IMG/VR virus record: IMGVR_UViG_2537561936_000014
Span: 1 to 44,077 of that record
From: a virus
Taxonomy: Duplodnaviria; Heunggongvirae; Uroviricota; Caudoviricetes
DNA length: 44,077 nucleotides
Reading direction: 5' to 3' (one strand)
The translations under genes and the position numbers were made by a program. A model generated the notes under the pieces. It was not told the origin of the DNA. It saw nothing but the letters and a program-made list of their open reading frames with translations, and searched no databases. The first letter of the stretch is position 1; every line of letters begins with the position of its first letter. Below, in pieces: positions 1 through 9,155 of the stretch.

Positions 1-468
1 ATGCCAGATCAAAAAGAAAGTGAGAACACCAAACTCACTTGTGAAGAACAAAAGGATAATGAACTGGTTTCTCGAGTAATCGAAAATCCAGAGGTCTTAA
101 ACAGAGTTTTGGATAGTCCGCAGGTGCGGGCTATTGTTTGCCAGCATTTTCAGGGGCCTGTTCCGCCACCTTCAATGCTTAAAAAGTATGATCAACTGGT
201 GCCTGGGCTTGCAAATCGACTTGTTGAATTGACCGAAAAAGAGCAGGCTCATCGCCATAAAACAGTGGCTGATAGCATTGATATTGCCAGAGATGGTCAA
301 ACAAAGGCTTTTTGGTTGGCAATATTGATCATATTAGCTGCCACTGTCTTTGGCGTCATGGGGGAGACAGTTCTTGCCGGAACTCTCGTTTCAATAGATC
401 TTGTTGCATTGGTTACGGCATTTATTGTTGGAAAACATTATTCTAAGCAGGAACCTGATCAAGATTAG
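1..468 (+). CDS. Small membrane protein, possibly DUF2335-like (hypothetical)
   Basis: 155-aa ORF starting at window base 1; two C-terminal hydrophobic helices (WLAILIILAATVFGVMG, LVSIDLVALVTAFIVG); family name is from memory only. Followed by a hairpin plus T-run. Confidence 0.5.
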   Translation: MPDQKESENTKLTCEEQKDNELVSRVIENPEVLNRVLDSPQVRAIVCQHFQGPVPPPSMLKKYDQLVPGLANRLVELTEKEQAHRHKTVADSIDIARDGQTKAFWLAILIILAATVFGVMGETVLAGTLVSIDLVALVTAFIVGKHYSKQEPDQD

Positions 469-474
469 TCTCTG

Positions 475-500
475 AACCCCGGTTGATGCCGGGGTTTTTA
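475..500 (+). terminator. Rho-independent terminator (hairpin aaccccgg/ccggggtt followed by TTTT)
   Basis: 8-bp GC-rich stem with 6-nt loop and T-run directly after the stop of the 1..468 ORF. Confidence 0.6.
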
Positions 501-571
501 CATCAGCAAAGCAATATCAACATTTTTATCGGTTGTTAATTACTGGCAACGTTACAGCTGTATTTATTTCG

Positions 572-1690
572 TCAAACAACCAATTTAACCCATTCCTGAC
601 CTCGAGTATCGTTATAGCGATCGGTGGTTGCCTGGACTTTATGCCCCAGTAATGTTTTTGTATCGACCCCCTGTGCCCGGTACAGCCGTTCTGACAGGGA
701 ACGTTGTTCATGAAATGTTGGTGGTGTTTTTCCTGCTGGTGGAGTTATTCCTGCCAGATCCCGCGCTTTAGCAAAGTAGTCGCTCAGGTTATCTTTACTC
801 ATTGGTTTTGGTTGTTTCTGGTGCCGACTATGAATCAGGTATGGACTCAATATTCTGTCCCTGCATCCATTAATCACTTCTTTTAGCGATATCCCAATGG
901 CATCACAGCGTAGCGTAAGCGGTAACGCCAGACGCATTCCGGTTTTCCCTTGGGTGATATGCAGGTGTTCGTTCCACACATCTGAAAAACGCATGTGGCA
1001 AATGTCATCACGGCGCTGACCAGTAACAATCGCAAGAAGCATTGCGTTACGGATAAAGTGTTTTTCTGGCGTTGCATTATAAATTTTTTGCCAGTCTTCC
1101 AGGGTGAGTCTGGCTCTGCTTACTTTAGGGATCGGTTTGCGGGTGGCCTCCGGAGGATTCCATCCAGGAGGAACTTCCCCTGCATGCTGTGCTTCTTTAT
1201 AAATATCAACCCATAATCCGCGATTTACTCTCGCTGTACTGACCATGTCTTTATCCAGCCACTCATCCAGTATTAATGCAAAGTCTCTTACTTCCAGTTC
1301 TTTCAATGGATGGTTTCCCAGACGGGAAACCAGGAATGCAGCCATTCGCGCTTTTTCTTTGTGGGTTGTAGCTGCAATATCTCCATTTTTCAGTCGCGCG
1401 TCCTGTATTTTCAGATATCGATCAACCCATGCCTTTAATCTGATGCCCCGACGTTTTGTTGCTGACGGACTTTCATCAATTTTGCGCATGAAATATTCAG
1501 CTTCTGCTGCAGCTATTCGCTGATTGGCTGTGGAAGCGATTTTTTCTGCTTTGCCTTTGTCTGTTCCGAGACCGTGAAATTTTCCAGTCACAGGGTTTTT
1601 ATACTGGTAGTAAACCCTGCCAGTTCTGCGATCAAACTTTTCGTAAAGACCGGCTACGTCAGTGCTGTTTTTTCGTGGCCTCGGTGACAT
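572..1690 (-). CDS. int: Phage tyrosine integrase (site-specific recombinase)
   Basis: 372-aa ORF; C-terminal catalytic region with HxxR ... Y arrangement (FHEQRSLSERLY ... GHK ... TTDRY); start overlapped by an excisionase-like ORF, the usual int-xis layout. Confidence 0.9.
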   Translation of the reverse strand: MSPRPRKNSTDVAGLYEKFDRRTGRVYYQYKNPVTGKFHGLGTDKGKAEKIASTANQRIAAAEAEYFMRKIDESPSATKRRGIRLKAWVDRYLKIQDARLKNGDIAATTHKEKARMAAFLVSRLGNHPLKELEVRDFALILDEWLDKDMVSTARVNRGLWVDIYKEAQHAGEVPPGWNPPEATRKPIPKVSRARLTLEDWQKIYNATPEKHFIRNAMLLAIVTGQRRDDICHMRFSDVWNEHLHITQGKTGMRLALPLTLRCDAIGISLKEVINGCRDRILSPYLIHSRHQKQPKPMSKDNLSDYFAKARDLAGITPPAGKTPPTFHEQRSLSERLYRAQGVDTKTLLGHKVQATTDRYNDTRGQEWVKLVV

Positions 1691-1937
1691 GAGTTAAAAT
1701 CTCCTTCAGTGCATCATCATCGCCAGTATGAATTTCCGGCGCAATTCCCGTTTCACCTGGTCCAACAAATACTGCCCGGCGATCTATCAGCCAACGCCCA
1801 CGAATTTTTTGTGGTCTTGGAACGATGTATCCAAGTTTTCCGTATTTCACCAAGGTAGTGTTTGTTATTGGGAGGCTGAACCGTTTAGGTTTCCACTCGT
1901 CGAGCGTTATCAGGTATTGTTCGCTCATGGCTATCAC
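1659..1937 (-). CDS. xis: Excisionase-like protein (Xis)
   Basis: 92-aa ORF immediately upstream of int and overlapping its start by about 30 nt; small basic protein; assignment mainly by position. Confidence 0.55.
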   Translation of the reverse strand: MIAMSEQYLITLDEWKPKRFSLPITNTTLVKYGKLGYIVPRPQKIRGRWLIDRRAVFVGPGETGIAPEIHTGDDDALKEILTHVTEATKKQH

Positions 1938-1989
1938 TCCGGAACGCGCCAGTTGCAGAATACCAACGACAACTGGCGACGGTTGAACA

Positions 1990-4461
1990 TTAAAAATCAG
2001 CCTGACTCGGGATCAGTTTTTGCCAGATAGCTGAAACGTATTTTGCCTGGTGACGGGCGTCATCAAGTGCATTATGGCGCTCACCTTCGAATGGAATAGC
2101 CGTTCTGGCATCGAAGTCTATGGCTTTCCCCAGCTCAACGATTGTGCGTACATCGCGATCGTTGTAGTAACGCCACGGGCAGGGGATCCCCTGCCGTTCG
2201 TATGAACGGCGCAAAATCGTGTTGTCGAAGTTGGCTCCATTTCCCCAGACCTGAACAAAAAATTCACCGGAGTTTTCGTCGATAAATTCCCGCAATTGTA
2301 ACAGTGCATCATCTAACGGGATTTCATCGGTCATAATGGCAGATTGCGCCTCGCGTGATTGCTTAAGCCACCATTTAATGGTGTCACGATCAATGACTCC
2401 GCCAGCAGTTTCCAGATCGATAGTCTTACTAAATTCCGGTCCCATATCTCCGGTTTGCGGATCGAAAAATATTGCACCTATTGAGATAATCGGGGCATCA
2501 GGATTTTTTCCCATGGTTTCAAGGTCGATCATTAGATGGTCACACGTCCTGCTGGTGGATGTGATAACGCGATGACCGTTCACCGTAATTAAGGGATCTG
2601 CCGTCTCGCCAGTTTCACTATCGCTGGCGTGATCCTGAGCGCTGCCAGCATTCTCCTTGTGTGGGTGTTCAGCGCCTTCCATTTTCTCCGAATCGTCTTC
2701 CTGAACTTCAACCTGGTTCTTGTCATCGAATGTTTCCTGGTATGTTGCGTCGCCCATCACCGCACCACAATCAGGGCAGTTGCCACCACCGCTCTGACCG
2801 CAGGCGGTGCAGATTTTTTCCGGTTCCTGTTGCACTACTGGTTCAGGTTGTTTCGTTTCTGGCTCGTTTTGTTGCGTATTTGGGCTGTTTTGTTCCGCTT
2901 TCTGGTCGTTCTGTTCCGTTTCTTGCTGGTTCTGGTTCACAGTATCGCGGGTCTGGATCCCCTTAACCCATTTCGGATCATTCGGGTCGCTAATCCCTTC
3001 AATAAATTCACCACGTGATGCAGCAAGCAACTTATCGGCGTCAGGCTGGCTGATATTGGCTGCCTGCATAATTTTGTTTACTTCGTCAGCGGTAACTTTT
3101 ACCGGTTCTGGCTGTGCGGTCGTGTCAGATGCACCAGTATTTTGTTGTGAACCTGAGTATGTACTGTTTTTGCGGGCGAAATATTCTTCTTTCGTGATTT
3201 CAGTAGCCCCGGCAGCCAGCGCCTTATCCAGACCAGAAAGTTTGTTTGCGCGACCGTATTTTTCGCCATCCTTGTCGGTGAAGAGGAAGTAGAACGGCCC
3301 CTCACGCTCTACAGATGGTTCGACTTCCACTTTGCATTCGGTTTTTTCGTTGTCCGGAATTGCCGTTTCCACAGCATCAGTTTCTGGTACTGGCGACGAG
3401 AGAGTATCAGTTGCGCTCTGATTTGTTCCTTCATCTTCAAACATGCCCTTTGTAGTCAGGTATTCAGTAATGTATTTGTTCAGTGCCACAGGATCTTTGT
3501 GAATGTCGATCGGACGTTCACGGACAAGGCCAAAAATAGTCTGGCGGTCGTAGCGAAGGGCATCAGGCTGTTTGCGCATCGATGCCGAGATACGCTTCCA
3601 GTCTTCGCGGTCGTTGTCGATAACTTCATTTTTTGCCCAGCGATGGATGCTGCCGTCAATGTTTCCGGCATCCACATCCCCAGGCCAGAGAGCGTAGGCC
3701 AGTTCGTCATCCAGTGTTTTCCATGTCTGCTTGTATTCGCGATGAGTGGCAGCAATGACCGGGTTGATTTTTCCTGTTGAATTTTCAGTGTTCTGTTGAT
3801 TGGCTCTGGCGCGGGCGAGATCAACAACAGACGTGTATTTTCCGGTTTCCTTGCGTTCACCTTCGCGACGTTTTTTCCAGATGCGCATCTCTGCCTGAAT
3901 TTCGGGCCATTTGGCACCAGGCTTACATTTATGCTTAACCCACCCGATGGCATGCAGCTTAAGTTCCGGATACATGGCGTTAACTTCTGGCATTTTCATC
4001 AACGCTTCAACGATATGTCCGTCGAATGTTGCCATGTCTTCCTGCAACAATTCCTGCGCGCTAATCACCATATCAACGGTGATGTTTTCACATGTGTCGA
4101 ACTTAACCATGACAGCGTTCTGTACTTCAGGGGCCAGCTTGTCAAAAGTGACGTTCATCGGATCTGATTCAGTCTCAACCGGGACAAAGGAAGCAGACTC
4201 CTCATCCCAGCGGTTTTCCTGCATATATTCGGTATCCCAGGAGTCGATAGCAGGGCGGGGCATGCCGGGTTTATCCTCGCAGACAAGAAATTTATAAGCG
4301 CAGTCCTGAGCAGCCGGATATTGCTCCAGGAATTGCCAGGTAAATTTGGCACGGGCGCGGCGCTCGTCACCGGCTTCAATGGCAGTGGCTACAGCAACTG
4401 CACCTTCTTCCTTTATTGCCTGTTCGTCCGGAATGGCGGCGCAAATAAAGACTTTACTCAT
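1990..4461 (-). CDS. Large exonuclease-family protein with C-terminal DnaQ/DEDDh-like 3'-5' exonuclease domain
   Basis: 823-aa ORF; C-terminal motifs MIDLETMG (Exo I), VWGNGANFDNTIL (Exo II), HNALDDARH (Exo III); central Q/E/N/P-rich low-complexity linker and a CxxC...CxxC element (CTACGQSGGGNCPDCG). Sits where exonuclease genes lie in Rac-like prophages. Confidence 0.7.
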   Translation of the reverse strand: MSKVFICAAIPDEQAIKEEGAVAVATAIEAGDERRARAKFTWQFLEQYPAAQDCAYKFLVCEDKPGMPRPAIDSWDTEYMQENRWDEESASFVPVETESDPMNVTFDKLAPEVQNAVMVKFDTCENITVDMVISAQELLQEDMATFDGHIVEALMKMPEVNAMYPELKLHAIGWVKHKCKPGAKWPEIQAEMRIWKKRREGERKETGKYTSVVDLARARANQQNTENSTGKINPVIAATHREYKQTWKTLDDELAYALWPGDVDAGNIDGSIHRWAKNEVIDNDREDWKRISASMRKQPDALRYDRQTIFGLVRERPIDIHKDPVALNKYITEYLTTKGMFEDEGTNQSATDTLSSPVPETDAVETAIPDNEKTECKVEVEPSVEREGPFYFLFTDKDGEKYGRANKLSGLDKALAAGATEITKEEYFARKNSTYSGSQQNTGASDTTAQPEPVKVTADEVNKIMQAANISQPDADKLLAASRGEFIEGISDPNDPKWVKGIQTRDTVNQNQQETEQNDQKAEQNSPNTQQNEPETKQPEPVVQQEPEKICTACGQSGGGNCPDCGAVMGDATYQETFDDKNQVEVQEDDSEKMEGAEHPHKENAGSAQDHASDSETGETADPLITVNGHRVITSTSRTCDHLMIDLETMGKNPDAPIISIGAIFFDPQTGDMGPEFSKTIDLETAGGVIDRDTIKWWLKQSREAQSAIMTDEIPLDDALLQLREFIDENSGEFFVQVWGNGANFDNTILRRSYERQGIPCPWRYYNDRDVRTIVELGKAIDFDARTAIPFEGERHNALDDARHQAKYVSAIWQKLIPSQADF

Positions 4462-4584
4462 TTTGTTTTAACCTCATGACAGATTTAAGGATGAACAAAT
4501 CCCTGCCATTGCTGGCATATAAGAATCAAATCTGATGTATTCATTAAGCTGAATGTCGTATTGTGGCAGTTATTTTATTACTGC

Positions 4585-4818
4585 TCACCATGACTCTGCT
4601 TTTACAGGTAAACCATCACGACCAAGGAAGACTTTAATCATGGTTTCCTTAATACAGTGTTGTGTGGAAAAATCACGAATATAGAGCCGTTGTTTTTTAA
4701 TGTTGTTTACCGAAGCAATATATGTTCTTCCTTTATGAATAACATAATCACCGGGAGTCACGCACTGACGAGGAATCTCATCAGTTCCGAAGTGATGAGC
4801 AATCATAATTATCTCCAT
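4585..4818 (-). CDS. Hypothetical small protein
   Basis: 77-aa ORF in the leftward early operon; no recognisable motif. Confidence 0.35.
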   Translation of the reverse strand: MEIIMIAHHFGTDEIPRQCVTPGDYVIHKGRTYIASVNNIKKQRLYIRDFSTQHCIKETMIKVFLGRDGLPVKAESW

Positions 4819-5368
4819 TTTTACAAATGAACTTTGTTGATGCGGTGCCTGGTGCCTCCAGGTGACGTTAACCAGTTAACAATTAACGCCGGATACAGAG
4901 AACCCACCCATAACACTGTTTTTGGTTTTAACTGTTCCGCGTGCGCTTAGCCGCATTCACCGCATCACAAAATTCACTTTAAAAAGGGCGGCAGAGCAGT
5001 CACGGAGTAAACTGATACCGCCAAACGCCACCAGAAAATTGATAACAGAGGGCGTTGTAGCGGGGTTGTCACTTAAGCGTATGGTCAACCTGACAACCCG
5101 GTGTCCTCAACGGGGAAGGAATAACCCCGCCATACTTACCGCCGCGCCATTTCGCGGATTGCCACAACCGGAAGCGCACGGTCGAATTAAATTTAACGAC
5201 ACCGTACAGTGAGACGAACTTCGCCGTGCGCTTTCGCGTTATGCCCTGACTTTTCAGGAAAATGCCCTTTCAGTAAACTGTCAGTGCCGGATGCTCACCC
5301 GTGTCCGGCGCACGCACTCCACCTGACCCGTGGAGAACTCCTTAATTACCAACCCTCAGGAGGGTGAA

Positions 5369-5590
5369 ATGACTAGTAAAAATGTAAATATCCAGTTTAA
5401 CCACGATGTTTCTCCTGCTGGACTTGCGGATGAGCTCACTGCTATAAAAACGGCAATTATGCTACTTGCTGCTAAGTTGCCTGCGTCATCAAAGCCAGCG
5501 GAAATTTGTGACTCATTGCGTAAGATGAATTCAACAAAATGCAATGAGATGGCATCACTTATTGAAAGTGCAATTGATTTTAATGATTAA
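5369..5590 (+). CDS. Hypothetical small protein
   Basis: ATG at 5369 preceded by AGGAGGG with about 5-nt spacing; 73 aa; convergent with the leftward genes; preferred over the antisense ORF 5356..5544 because of the strong RBS. Confidence 0.4.
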   Translation: MTSKNVNIQFNHDVSPAGLADELTAIKTAIMLLAAKLPASSKPAEICDSLRKMNSTKCNEMASLIESAIDFND

Positions 5591-5954
5591 TCGAAATTTC
5601 ATGGCTAACTGTAACACTCCCATCTGTGGCGGGATGGTTTAAATCGCTGGGATTAATGCCGCACTCAGTAAAATGGTTCTTAAGGGGTTCTATCCGAATC
5701 CCTTTCTTTTTCATTAACAAGCCAAACCCCTTATCAATGATATCCATTAATGCCAGGAAGTATTTTTCATGTAAATCCTGGTTATCAGAGAGCTGCTTCT
5801 CTTCGTACAGACCGATAAAGGCACGACGCACGTTACCGGATATAGTATCGATGGTTTCTTTTTCTACGGTACTCAGGTCAAGAGTCGCCAGTTGGGAACG
5901 AACTATATTCGCTGCCATTTCCTGGAATTGCATTGGTAAATCTTTAAATTCCAT
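5580..5954 (-). CDS. Hypothetical protein
   Basis: 124-aa ORF, leftward early operon; no recognisable motif. Confidence 0.4.
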   Translation of the reverse strand: MEFKDLPMQFQEMAANIVRSQLATLDLSTVEKETIDTISGNVRRAFIGLYEEKQLSDNQDLHEKYFLALMDIIDKGFGLLMKKKGIRIEPLKNHFTECGINPSDLNHPATDGSVTVSHEISINH

Positions 5955-5976
5955 TATTAGCCTCGTTGGTTAGCTA

Positions 5977-6195
5977 TTAACGCGGGTATGTAATCATTCT
6001 GGCAATGCTTAATGCCGCTGCTTTTTCCAGATTGGTGATATCCCGCTCCAGAGCGGACAGATTTTCAGCCTGCTTAGCCCTGGCTTCATTGGCCCATTTC
6101 AGGTCCTGCACTGCCTTAATTTTCTGGCGCATCCACTCATAAAGTTCATCATCGGTATAGTCTGGCGCGATGATGACGGGTTCTCGTTTCTGCAT
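5977..6195 (-). CDS. Hypothetical small protein
   Basis: 72-aa ORF 22 nt upstream of the previous gene, same strand; charged, likely helical C-terminus. Confidence 0.4.
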   Translation of the reverse strand: MQKREPVIIAPDYTDDELYEWMRQKIKAVQDLKWANEARAKQAENLSALERDITNLEKAAALSIARMITYPR

Positions 6196-6493
6196 ACTGA
6201 TTCCTCTCAGTGCTGTTTCCCCTTAACGCCGGGGTAGCGGAACAAAAACCTGCTGCATAGTTAAAGTTGAACCCTGCCGTCATGTTCTTACGCCTCGGGC
6301 TGGCTACTTACCCCCTGACCACTGCCTGGTAACTCGAAGTATTGCCCTGCGTTCTGTGGGACGGGGTGGGTTGGTATTTTTAGTTTAATAAACATTAAAC
6401 TTAAGTCAAGTGAAAACTAAATCGTGGGACGTAACAAACACAACGCTTTTGATAAAGTCGTTGCGGTTGTTATGTTTCTATTGGTAGTGAAAG

Positions 6494-6772
6494 TTAGGGA
6501 AACTGGCGTCTTGCGTGGATCACGTTTACTACTTCAACGCTTGATGTTGTTACGCGGTATAGAATTATATAGTTAGGGTGGGCTACAATCTCACGCAAGC
6601 CTGGTACTCTGTCGCTTGGTGGGTATAAATACGGATGTTCGGATAACGGCAGCACACAACCCCTTAATCGCTGCCATAAGCGTTCAGCCGCATCTATGTC
6701 GAAACGAGCAATATAACTAGTTATATCATCTAGGTCGGTATCTGCGCTTTCAAGCCATAACACGGGTAACAT
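6494..6772 (-). CDS. parE: Type II toxin, RelE/ParE family (ParE-like)
   Basis: Start trimmed to the internal ATG at 6770-6772, one nt from the antitoxin stop; 92 aa; C-terminal ParE-type signature (REIVAHPNYIILYRV...VEVVNVIHARRQFP). Confidence 0.85.
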   Translation of the reverse strand: MLPVLWLESADTDLDDITSYIARFDIDAAERLWQRLRGCVLPLSEHPYLYPPSDRVPGLREIVAHPNYIILYRVTTSSVEVVNVIHARRQFP

Positions 6773-6773
6773 T

Positions 6774-6965
6774 TTACTGCTTGCTCCGTTCCTTGCGCAT
6801 TTTAGCAAAGCGTTCTGCCATTCTGCGCTCAACTTCGTCATGGGGAATTGCTGGGCGCGGATCTGCAAGGCTCGTTGCTACTTTCGCACGCAGCCATTCG
6901 TTGTAACTGTTTTCTTGTTCAATGGTTTCAAATTCAGAAACCATTGGTGAAAGGGCTCTATTCAT
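6774..6965 (-). CDS. paaA: Antitoxin of ParE-family toxin (PaaA2-like)
   Basis: 63-aa product from ATG at 6963-6965 preceded by GGAGGAAAC; small acidic/basic protein immediately upstream of and abutting the toxin; matches my recollection of PaaA2 from E. coli O157 prophages. Confidence 0.8.
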   Translation of the reverse strand: MNRALSPMVSEFETIEQENSYNEWLRAKVATSLADPRPAIPHDEVERRMAERFAKMRKERSKQ

Positions 6966-6985
6966 GTTTCCTCCGGTTTTATAAC

Positions 6986-7357
6986 TCAGGCGCGGCGGCA
7001 TTTTTGCGCCGCAATCCATCTCGCTATGAGATCTTCCATTGATTCTTTTTTCTGCTTTAGCTCGCTGATTATCTGGCGTTGCTCATCCTCAGGGAAGGCT
7101 GAAAAAATCTGCAATAATTCCAGTTGATTAGACGTTAACCCTGCATGTGGTGGAGAAACCTCCGGTTGTTCTGCGTATTCCGCATCCAGATACCCTTCCG
7201 GCATCCCGTATGTTTGCTCTATTCTTCTGGCAGCCTTTTCTCCAAACGAGGCTCTCCCACTCATTAGTTGAGATAGGTAGCTCTTCTCTTTGGGTGGCAG
7301 AGTTTTATCTTTAAACCACTCCTTGAGACGTAAACGGCGAATTTCTTTTTTTTGCAT
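6986..7357 (-). CDS. paaR: XRE/Cro-CI-type HTH transcriptional regulator (PaaR-like; candidate prophage repressor)
   Basis: Start trimmed to ATG at 7357; HTH segment KEKSYLSQLMSGRASFGEKAARRIEQTYGMPEGYL; first gene of the regulator-antitoxin-toxin operon and divergent from the ydaS-like gene. Confidence 0.7.
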   Translation of the reverse strand: MQKKEIRRLRLKEWFKDKTLPPKEKSYLSQLMSGRASFGEKAARRIEQTYGMPEGYLDAEYAEQPEVSPPHAGLTSNQLELLQIFSAFPEDEQRQIISELKQKKESMEDLIARWIAAQKCRRA

Positions 7358-7378
7358 GTGGTAATTATCTTTAGTAAT

Positions 7379-7443
7379 CACTAAACAAGCAAATACTTGA
7401 CTTAATGGTTTATTAAACACTAAACTCGAAAAAAACACTAAAC
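7379..7443. promoter_or_regulatory. Divergent promoter/operator region with three CACTAAAC repeats
   Basis: CACTAAAC at 7379-7386, 7418-7425, 7436-7443 (the last two as AACACTAAAC direct repeats) in the 96-bp gap between the divergent regulator and ydaS-like genes. Confidence 0.45.
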
Positions 7444-7453
7444 CGAGGAAGGT

Positions 7454-7756
7454 ATGACATTAAAAGAGTTTATTAAATCATTGAGGGTTGGTGATGCTAA
7501 GAAATTCGCGGCCAGACTTGGTGTATCGCCATCTTACTTATCGCAAATGGCGTCTGGACGAGCAGCTATATCTCCAACCCGCGCCCTCATGATCGAATCT
7601 GCGACGGAAGGCCAAGTAAGTAGGGCGGAGCTACGACCCCATGATTGGGAGCTTATTTGGCCTGAGTATGCGAGCGGCATTCGTTTGGGGCAAACACATG
7701 TAGTTCATGCTGAAGGTGATTGTAGTGCATGCTTATCTGATGGAGTTGATTCATGA
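7454..7756 (+). CDS. ydaS: Cro-like HTH protein, YdaS family
   Basis: 100-aa ORF with HTH (AARLGVSPSYLSQMASGRAAISPTRALMIESAT) and ELRPHDW motif; divergent from the repressor; GGAAGG RBS. Confidence 0.75.
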   Translation: MTLKEFIKSLRVGDAKKFAARLGVSPSYLSQMASGRAAISPTRALMIESATEGQVSRAELRPHDWELIWPEYASGIRLGQTHVVHAEGDCSACLSDGVDS

Positions 7757-8178
7757 AAATCAAGCATGAACACATCCGCATGGCGATGAATGCCTGGGCG
7801 CATCCGGACGGCGAGAAAGTACCGGCTGCAGAGATTACCAAAGCGTATTTCGAGCTGGGAATGACGTTCCCGGAACTGTATGACGACAGCCATCCGGAAG
7901 CCCTGGCTCGCAATACCCAGAAAATTTTCCGCTGGGTAGAGAAAGACACCCCTGATGCAGTTGAAAAAATTCAGGCGTTGTTACCAGCGATCGAAAAGGC
8001 AATGCCACCTTTGCTGGTGGCCAGAATGCGCAGCCACAGTTCTGCTTATTTTCGGGAGCTGGTGGAGACGCGGGAGCGACTGGTGAGAGACGCTGATGAT
8101 TTTGTCGCAGTGGCAATCGCCGGTTTCAATCAGATGAACCGCGGTGGCCCGGCGGGAAATGCCTTGGTGATGCACTAA
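7753..8178 (+). CDS. ydaT: YdaT-like protein
   Basis: 141-aa ORF overlapping the ydaS-like stop by 4 nt; size and position match the Rac ydaS-ydaT pair; assignment partly positional. Confidence 0.65.
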   Translation: MKIKHEHIRMAMNAWAHPDGEKVPAAEITKAYFELGMTFPELYDDSHPEALARNTQKIFRWVEKDTPDAVEKIQALLPAIEKAMPPLLVARMRSHSSAYFRELVETRERLVRDADDFVAVAIAGFNQMNRGGPAGNALVMH

Positions 8179-8201
8179 AAGCACGGTGTTCGGAGTTTTT
8201 T

Positions 8202-9149
8202 ATGAGCAGCAAGCTTCATGGTCTTGTCTGGGAAGGGTGTGCCTTCACCGGCATGATCTTATCCAGGGTGGCAGTTATGGCTCGCCTTGCAGATTACAGC
8301 AATGACGAAGGTGTGTCATGGCCTGCAGTGGAGACCATTCGTCGTCAGATTGGGGCAAAGAGTGAATCAACGGTTAAAGCTGCGATAGCAGAACTGGAAA
8401 AGAACGGCTGGCTGACGAAGGAGGAACGTAAGGTCGGTGGGCGTAATGAAAGCAATATCTACCGTCTTAATGTGGAAAAACTCGAAGCAGCAGCAGCGGC
8501 GGCGCGTGAGGCATATAAACCGAAAAGAAAAATTAGCCAGGCAAAAAATGACCCGTCAAATATTGCCCCCTCAACGGTTAACCCATCAAATTTTGATGGA
8601 TCAACCGTTGATAAAAAACAGTCGGATAGGGGGGCGATGGTTGGCCCCGATCCGTCAGTATTAAAACCTGATCCGTCAGATAAAAGATCTTTTCGTCCGG
8701 AAGCTTCGCAACCGGACATGCAGACGGCTGAACAGGATTTTTTAACCCGACACCCTGACGCGGTTGTGTTCAGTGCGAAAAAACGCCAGTGGGGTAGCCA
8801 GGAAGATTTAGCGTGTGCGCAGTGGATCTGGGGGCGAATCGTGAGTCTTTACGAGCAGGCCGCCAGCGATGATGGCGAGATTTCGCGACCGAAAGAACCC
8901 AACTGGACCGCATGGGCCAACGACGTGCGCACAATGCGGATGCTGGATGGCAGAACTCACAGACAAATTTGTGAAATGTTTGGTCGGGTGCAGCGGGATC
9001 CATTCTGGGTAAAAAATATCATGAGTCCGTCAAAGCTTCGCGAAAAATGGGATGAACTGGTTATCCGCCTGGGGCGTTCGTCTGTACAGCGTTGTGTGAA
9101 TCATATTTCTGAGCCGGATACCGAAATTCCGCCGGGGTTCAGGGGGTAA
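8202..9149 (+). CDS. Replisome organiser / replication initiation protein (O-like, YdaU-like)
   Basis: 315-aa ORF immediately upstream of the DnaC-like loader; N-terminal winged-helix-like region; Ser/Pro/Asn-rich central linker. Confidence 0.65.
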   Translation: MSSKLHGLVWEGCAFTGMILSRVAVMARLADYSNDEGVSWPAVETIRRQIGAKSESTVKAAIAELEKNGWLTKEERKVGGRNESNIYRLNVEKLEAAAAAAREAYKPKRKISQAKNDPSNIAPSTVNPSNFDGSTVDKKQSDRGAMVGPDPSVLKPDPSDKRSFRPEASQPDMQTAEQDFLTRHPDAVVFSAKKRQWGSQEDLACAQWIWGRIVSLYEQAASDDGEISRPKEPNWTAWANDVRTMRMLDGRTHRQICEMFGRVQRDPFWVKNIMSPSKLREKWDELVIRLGRSSVQRCVNHISEPDTEIPPGFRG

Positions 9150-9155
9150 CGGGCC

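Noticed and set aside
2629..3292. Plus-strand ORFs (129, 101 and 161 aa) inside the exonuclease gene
   Set aside because: They are antisense to a long motif-bearing gene and their products are low-complexity (Phe/Leu/Cys/Arg-rich), consistent with translating the complement of a Q/E-rich coding region.
4922..5212. 96-aa plus-strand ORF in the 4819-5368 leader
   Set aside because: Arg/Pro-rich product with no RBS; more likely chance translation of GC-rich noncoding sequence.
5356..5544. 62-aa minus-strand ORF overlapping the 5369..5590 gene
   Set aside because: It overlaps a plus-strand ORF that has a much stronger Shine-Dalgarno sequence; only one is likely real.
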